A stretch of DNA of 64,000 nt, taken from Vitrella brassicaformis CCMP3155. Lineage: Eukaryota > Protista > Chromerida. The DNA is taken from contig CDMY01000246.1 of NCBI GenBank assembly GCA_001179505.1, forward strand, positions 1 to 64,000. Direction: 5' to 3'. The translations under genes were made by a program, and so were the position numbers. Position 1 is the stretch's first letter, and every line of letters begins with the position of its first letter. The notes under the pieces were generated by a model. That model worked only from the letters and a program-made list of their open reading frames with translations, searched no databases and had not been told where the DNA came from. Positions 57,292 through 64,000 of the stretch are shown one piece after another.

Positions 57292-58105
57292 ATGCGCTGC
57301 GCAGCATCGATCTTCGTCGTCCTTGTGCTTTCTGTCCTCGCCTGTGGTCCCGGGTGTTGCATGTCAGCTGTCCTTCGCGGCGCAGGCAAGAAGATGCGCG
57401 AGGTGATCAAGACGGCCAACGCCCCAGCGGCCATGGGTCCCTACAGTCAGGCCATCAAGGCCAACGGCATGCTTTTCTTGGCGGGCCAGCTGGGCGTCAA
57501 ACCTGACACGGCAGACTACGAAAGCACCACTGACGTCAAAGTGCAGGTGTGCAGCAGCGCCGCACAGCCACTCAGGCAGATCAGATCTGACGTTGAGTTG
57601 ACGAGCGCATTCCTTTGTGTGTGTGTACTGTAGGCCAAACAAGCGTTTGAGAACATGAAGGTCCGTGCGCTGAGATGCTGAGAGAGAGGATGGCCTGGCC
57701 ACATGCATTTAGTGCAGTGCAGTGCATTGGCAAAGAAAGCATCATGATGCGATGCGTGCGTGTGGAACTCCCTCTCCCTGTCGTTGCTGTTGGTGTGCAG
57801 GCGGTGCTGGAGGCGGGTGGCTCAGATCTGGAACACGTCGTCAAGACCACCGTCCTCCTCACGGTGAGGCAGGCAGCACGGCACAGCCAGGCTGATAGCT
57901 CAGCCGACACACACACACACCCCTGCATCCACCCATCCATCTTTGCAACGTGCAGGACATGAAGGATTTCGTGGCCTTGAATGAGGTGTACTCGAGCTTC
58001 TTTCCGCCCGACAAGGCTCCCCCCGCCCGCACCTGCTATGCCACCAAAGAGCTGCCAAAGAAGGCACTCGTCGAGGTCGAGGCCATTGCAGTGCTCAAGG
58101 AGTGA
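57292..58105 (+). CDS. ridA: RidA/YjgF/UK114-family reactive-intermediate deaminase with N-terminal signal peptide, 4 exons
   Basis: APAAMGPYSQAIKANGMLFLAGQLG; VVKTTVLLT|DMKDFVALNEVY; PARTCY (catalytic Arg); LVEVEAIA (conserved Glu). Confidence 0.93.
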
Positions 58106-58844
58106 ACAGGAAGCTGCTCCACTGGGTTGGGTCAGGTCTTTTGATTGCTGAAGCTGGACAGGCAGACAAGGTGCGCGTGTAAGTGTGATGTATGTCGTTG
58201 CCGGTGATGATGGGCGTTGCGGTTGGCTGCGGGACATACGCAAAACGAGCCACCTCTCGACTTGCTGCTGTCTCTCTCCCAAGCGCGACGGCCACTACCA
58301 GCGGCAGGCAGCATCCTGCGTGATGAGTTGATGTGGGAGACTGCTCGGATGGATGTTTGATGCTCGTGTCTTGCCATTGTGGGCGCCTTTTTTGGCCAGC
58401 GGGGCGGATGACGCACATGAGGCTTTCTGGGTTCGTCCTCATCTGTGTGCCTGCCAGCTGTTGGGCTGTGTCATTATTGCGTCACTGACAGACTACACGC
58501 GTGTGTATCTTATGTTGAGAACCGTTTGACACACGGTGCGGTGCGTTCAGCCATCCACGTCGATTCATGGACCAATACGCTACGCTCTCACACACATCAG
58601 ATCACCACATAGGCGAGGCAGCTCTTCACAGCGCGACATCTGTCATGTGCCGACCGCACCCACGCGCCTGCACCCGTCTGTCTGTGCATTGGCGGGCCGT
58701 GCTCCATTCCATTGGAATGGAGGGCCAGGCCAGGCCAGGCCAGGCCAGATCAAGACAAATGGCCCGCCACCCGGTCCATGCGTCTTGGCTGACTTCACTT
58801 CATTAGCAGACCACAAGGGGTCCCGATCCCATCGGCTGGCTATG

Positions 58845-60158
58845 CTATGCTGTGATGGCCGGTTGGAAGGACAGGAGGGTCTCCTGGAAGGTCGACTGCA
58901 TCTTCGGCCACCTGTGACAGACACATTGTGCGACACACAGAGCAAAGCGGTGCATGGCGGGGATGACTGTGCAGGCGGGGAGACCAGATCAGCCGTATAA
59001 TATTTACCTCTTTTCTGAGGTGATGCAGTTGATTTGCCACAGCTTGCCCTCAAAGATGGATAGCGCCACCAGCTCGTGGACGGTCTCGCCCTGCAACTCA
59101 AAAGTGTAGTAAACATGGTCGCCTGCACACAAACATCACAAGACACACACCGCGACACACAGAAAGACTGGTCCATTTCTTGCCCCTCCTCCCCACCCCT
59201 CCTCCCCTGCTCACGTGTTCGTCTGGCGGATGCGCCGATGAGGTTGCAGTTTCTGATTTTGGCGAGCTTGGCGCCGACCTCAGCGGGGTCGCCCAATGAC
59301 TCCACTGAGCTGCTCTTGGACACCGGCTGCATTGCATGCCATGGAATAGACAGACAGACATACGCACACCGCAATGCATTCAATGCCCCCGTACTGTACT
59401 CGCCCCATCCATTCCGTTCCATACATTCCCCGCCCCGCACCGCCCCGCCCTGCGTGCCTTTGATGCGACTGTGATTTGTTCGAGCTTCTCCACGACGTCC
59501 TGCCACTTGACCACATACTGATTCTTGCAACGAGCAACCTGCACACACATACAATACAGACAGAGGTGAGGTGGCCAACCCACTTGCTCTCAACCCCCCC
59601 GGTGTCGTCTGTCTGTCTGTCTGTCTGTCACTCACCTGGTCCTCTGTTCCCACACACTGGAATTCGTTCCATCCCGAAGGCCGGTTGAGCTTGAAGCCCC
59701 GTTGGATGTCGTTGTAGGGCTGCAGCTGTCCCCCCATCCTGTTGGTCGACGGTGGCACCTCAGGGATGGTGGCGATGGCCTCACCAGCCGCCCACGCACT
59801 GCCAACACTGCCTCCTGTCAGCACGGCGGCACTAATGGCGGGCACCAGGGCGGCGAGGCGGTCGATGAGAGCCCGCCGAGACTCCTCTGCAGAGGGAGAT
59901 GAGGACAGTTGCCAAGCAGACGAGGGAGGGGAGTGGGAACCAGGGCTGAGAGATGAACGAAGGACAGATCTCCTGAAACGAAACACACACAGCAAGATGG
60001 TACACAGACGAGTGCAGTGCAGTGGATGGCTTGGATCTGGGCAAGACTGCACACCTGGCGCTGCTGGGGAGTACAGTGCGGGAAAAGGCTGCGGCGAGGG
60101 GCAGAAGAGTCACGGCAGCTCCCAAGCACATCGCTCTCAACCGATTTGAGCCTGCCAT
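58845..60158 (-). CDS. psbP: PsbP-family thylakoid lumen protein with tripartite targeting leader, multi-exon
   Basis: Signal peptide ...CLGAAVTLLPLAAA|FSR. Tat-type SRRALIDRLAALVPAISAAVLTGGSVGSAWA|AGE. PsbP-fold motifs YNDIQRGFKLNRPSGWN, SVESLGDPAEVG, YYTFEL, GKLWQINC...EKRW. Confidence 0.85.
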
Positions 60159-60370
60159 CGGGAAAAACAAAGAGCAATCCTCTAGGAAGCTCAGCTCGCA
60201 AATCGCGATCTGAGGCATTCCGTGAAACTGCTCGCGATCTGAGGCAGAACGGAACGTCGGGTGCTCTCCGCTTCGTTATTCGACGTTCTGCCTCGCCTCG
60301 AGCGGTTCTCTGTCCTCATCGAGAATCGGAAACCATCATTTCGTGAAGATCTGCCTTTGACGGAACTAGC

Positions 60371-61951
60371 ATGGCGGAAGACGACGAAAACCATGACCGA
60401 CACTTCGTCTGTGACATCTGCGACGACCAAGGCACCATTACAGAGCTCAAAGGGTGGCGACAAACTAAACAGGAAATGGCCATTGCACCTGACACTGATA
60501 CATGTATGTTGTGTGTTCTGTCTTTCTGCATCTGCAGGTACGACTGCTTTCTGTGTGGCATTCGGTCTTGCTGGACGTGCTTGCAGCAGTGGATGAGGGG
60601 AGGACAGATTCGGTGCCCCGGTCTGTGCCCGCAGGTCATCCCCAGAGACCACATCGCTGAGCACATGGGGTCGACCACCCCTGCCTCAGACTCCTCTGAC
60701 GTGTCCACGGACGCGGGCGAGGAGAGCGTGCCGAGCGGCTGGTCTTTTCTGGATCGCTATGACAAGGCCCTCCTGAAGATGGCCCTCAAAGGTTGGTTGG
60801 TTAGCCATGGGAGAGGAGAGAGGTCCCGACAAGTGATGTGTTGCGTCGTACTATGTATCTATGGTTCGGCTGTGGGTGGCTGTGGCTGTGTGTCTTTTGG
60901 TGGTGTGCAGGTATGCGTGACGTCCGGTTCTGCCCTCGGTGTGATGTGGCATCGTTCCGGTCAACCCCCCTTCATGTCGACCGCGGCCTCACCGGTCCCT
61001 GGACGCTCGTCGTGGAAGGCAAACACATGCCCGTACTCTCCACCAAAACCAAGGTGGGTGGGCTGGTGGCCGGCTGACACGCCCATGCCAAGCGACAACT
61101 ACACATCACAGGTTTTGCTTTTCGTCACACGCCCATTAGGCCCCCGTCCCCCTCCCTCCCTCCGCCCCCCTCCCCCCAATAAAGTACCGCCCTCACGAGC
61201 TGTTCGCGGCGCTGCGGTGGCACCACGACAGCACGTCCATCCACCCCATCCCCTCACCCGAAGCATGCACCAGGATCGTGATGGCGTGGCGAGAGCACCA
61301 GCCGCCGGACAAGGAGGTGCTGGCGGTTCTGGACGAGATGCAGAATGGCGGGTGCGCTGAGGGGCGGGAGGCTCGTGAGGCGGTGATAGCCAGCCTCGAG
61401 GGTGGGGGAGGGGAGGAGGACAATGCTGAGGGCCCGAAGGACAGTGACGGCGGGAGGATACCGTGCCCATATGTCGTCTGCCCTGCTTGGTGAGCGAGCG
61501 GGTGTTTGTCCTGACAGCCACCAAGCGAGCATTCACACCTGGGTTGATGTGTGTGTGTGTGTGTGTGTGTCGACCAGTGATCATGAGTTTTGCTTCATGT
61601 GCACGTCGTCGTGGCATCCTGGGGTGACGTGTGAGGTCCACGAGCGGGAGAAGCGTACCGATCTCGCCTCAGCCTATGACACGGGGGAGACCAGACGGTG
61701 CCCGACGTGTGCCGCCAAAGTCGAGAAGAACGGTCGGTGCACATCTATGGCTGGATGGATGGATGGAGGGAGGGAGGGAGGGAGGGAGAGGTGTCTGCAG
61801 CCACACCACCCAAGCAGCCACATGGATGGTCATTTCTCTGTCTGTCCATGTGTGTGTTGGTGCAGGTGGGTGTGACCATATGCTGTGCACCGAGTGTTGG
61901 ACGGACTGGTGCTGGGCGTGCGGACGGCTGGACAGCGAGTGTGCATGCTGA
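60371..61951 (+). CDS. RBR (RING1-IBR-RING2) E3 ubiquitin ligase, multi-exon
   Basis: RING1 CDIC...CFLC...CWTC...CPGLC. IBR RFCPRC...VVCPA|CDHEFCFMCTSSWHPGVTC. RING2 RRCPTCAAKVEKNG|GCDHMLCTECWTDWCWAC with the catalytic Cys retained. Confidence 0.88.
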
Positions 61952-62710
61952 CATGACACGACATGCTGACATGACACGTTTTGGTTGGCCGCAACTGATG
62001 GCGGTGCGGTTTTTGGGGTGGGGGCTGCGGTGGATTTTGACAGTCACCGAATCGATCAAGATTGGCAGCGAGCGAAGGGTAGCCCTTGCTTAGGCGAAAC
62101 CCGTTTTGTGGTGCTGTGCTGTGCTGTTCTGTGCCCTCTTCTCTTGTTTGTAAGAAAGACTGACTGCACGTGTCGTGTCGTGTGCTGCTGAGAGTGCTGA
62201 GAGCTCGTGTGGCTCCTTGTCCTTGTGGCCCTTGCAAGCTCATCGTCATTCTGCCCACCAGCCAGAGCGAAAAAAGAGCCACGGGGCTTCTCTGACCGAC
62301 CGAAAAAGCGACGCACTCTCTGCAGACAGACAGACAGACAGACAGACGTGTGTGTATTTGTATATGTGTTATGGGACATGCCAATGAACAGTGTAATGTG
62401 TGTGTAGAGACCTGCTGGATCAACAGGCTAAATAGGCTGTGTGTGAGGTTACTCCTGTGACCGTAATCAATCCGTGGATTGAGCCAAGCAAGTCGCTGCT
62501 TCACATATCATGCACACATGCCATGTCTGTCTGTATGTCGGTATGCATCCCGTCTCGAGTCCATCCATCCATCCATTCACCAGTTTGTCCATCCATCCAT
62601 CACGCACGGCCATTGTCCCCTCCCCCCCTCTCTACATCCCACCCACCGCCCAGCAGCTCAGTGTACGCAGCTATCCACACTTTACTGTGGTTTGTGTGCG
62701 CGAGGGGCAG

Positions 62711-64000
62711 TTAGGCCACCTTGCGCTTCTTGCGCTTCCTCTCCACCTCATTAGCCCCACCGTCCTGTCCCTTGTCCGCCTGCAGACGGCCCTTCTTGGC
62801 CTCGCCCGCCATCACCAAACCCCCGCCCTCGCCGTGCTGCACCCCGCCATCCACAGCACTCGGGGCCGCCCGCTTCTTATTGCGCCGGGGGCGCATGCGG
62901 TATCGGCGGCCGTTGTCCTGTGGCTGCTCTTGCACAGCAGCAGCAGCAGGGACCACAGCAGGGACGACGGCAGCGGCAGCGATGGCAGCAGGGGGAGGTG
63001 TCTGAGCATGGGGTGCCTGAGCTTGGGGCGCCTCGATGGAGGGCGGCTCGTAGACCGGCTCCACCTCGATGCGCGGCGTGTAGGGCTGGATGAACTGGCC
63101 GCCGACGTCAGCCGCCCAGTGCTGAAACTCCTGCACCCAACACACACACACAAATGAATGGGCCAGGAGAGGTGGAGGTGGTGCGTGTGAGGGTGATGGA
63201 GGCACTCTGCTGGTGGTGTGAGTTGGCTGGGTACCTGTTTGTCCAGATCGTCAAAGTAGGGGTGATTAACCGCCTCCGCCGCCGTCAAACGCTCAGCGGG
63301 GTCAAACCTAATCAGACTGACACACACAGTTGACAGAGGAATGCAGCCATGGGAGGGAGGGAGGGAGGTTGCTGATGGGCTGACGTACTCGTAGAGAAAG
63401 TCGAACTTCTCGTCGGTGATGGTCACGCCGTTCTCGCCCTCGGCCAGGGTCTTCTGGAACTTGGCGCGCACCTCGGCCTTGCTGCGCTGCGGAATCCGCG
63501 GCAGGGTAAGGCACTGCACAGACACACAGCCGGACGGACTCGTGTTTGTGCTTTGTGTGTCTGTGGTGCTTTGGTTCCATACGTGTGAGTTATACAGCGG
63601 CAGGTTGAGCGCCCGCAGTCTGCTGTGCGGCGGCAGCCCCAGCAAATCGATCATCTTAATCAGCGAGCCATAGTCAGAACCCATAGGACACTAACACACA
63701 CAGACAGACAGAGAAGTACACACACTTATCTCTGTCTGTGTGTGTGTGGCTGTGTGTGGCTGTGTGTGTGTGCATGGCTCGGTCGGTCGGCGAGTGGCTG
63801 ACTCACATCGAAGGGCGAGCGACGGCATCCGAGCATCTCAGCGAATATGCAGCCTGCACACACACAGACAGACAGACACACAAAAAGCATCCCGCAGGTG
63901 CCATGTGTGAGTCCCTCCCTCCCTCCCTCATACCAGCAGCCCAGATGTCCACGGCCGTCCCGTGTGTCCGCTGCCCCAGCACCATCTCGGGCGCCTTATA
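62711..64000 (-). CDS. CMGC/CDK-like protein kinase, 3' part; runs off the right edge; Pro/Ala-rich tail with basic NLS-like end
   Basis: YKAPEMVLG...AVDIWAAG|CIFAEML; LIKMIDLLGLP; RFDPAERLTAAEAVNHPYF; C-terminal RKRKKRKVA*. Confidence 0.88.

Noticed and set aside
1-64000. CRISPR arrays, rRNA, spliced-leader or snRNA genes, transposase/RT ORFs
   Set aside because: None was recognised. All regular repeats are microsatellites or short tandem duplications without unique spacers.

Overview
Eukaryotic, GC-rich, intron-dense nuclear scaffold with microsatellite-packed introns and two 300-N gaps. It is most likely from a photosynthetic chromerid alveolate (Vitrella brassicaformis-like). That assignment is inferred from bipartite plastid leaders, a PsbP-family gene, an oocyst-wall-like protein, and intron style. 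All gene models were reconstructed by eye from ORFs and splice signals, so exon boundaries and some start codons are approximate. There are 21 protein-coding loci in strictly alternating -/+ orientation: PEX22-like, DDI1, S8 subtilase, WDR13, ABHD17-like hydrolase, plastid PDH E2, a FAAL C-terminal fragment, an oocyst-wall-like Cys/Tyr/His repeat protein, a lineage-expanded hypothetical with an in-frame TGA, BTB-BTB-TLDc-like, TPM/MOLO1-like, a multi-pass membrane protein, a macro-domain protein, MCU, a ~13.5-kb RNA-dependent RNA polymerase, a phosphate-carrier-family protein, a single-pass hypothetical, RidA, PsbP-like, an RBR E3 ligase and the 3' part of a CDK-like kinase. The window also has one tRNA-Gly(GCC) and a possible 58-aa uORF. 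The most notable items are: (1) a giant DLDGD-type RdRP with a roughly 600-aa insertion and a ~730-aa disordered tail; (2) an MCU gene head-to-head with a mitochondrial pseudo-macro-domain gene; (3) a phosphate carrier with an apparent plastid/thylakoid leader; (4) polarised complementary (CA)n...(TG)n intron repeats; (5) perfect strand alternation. No CRISPR array, rRNA or intact transposon was seen.
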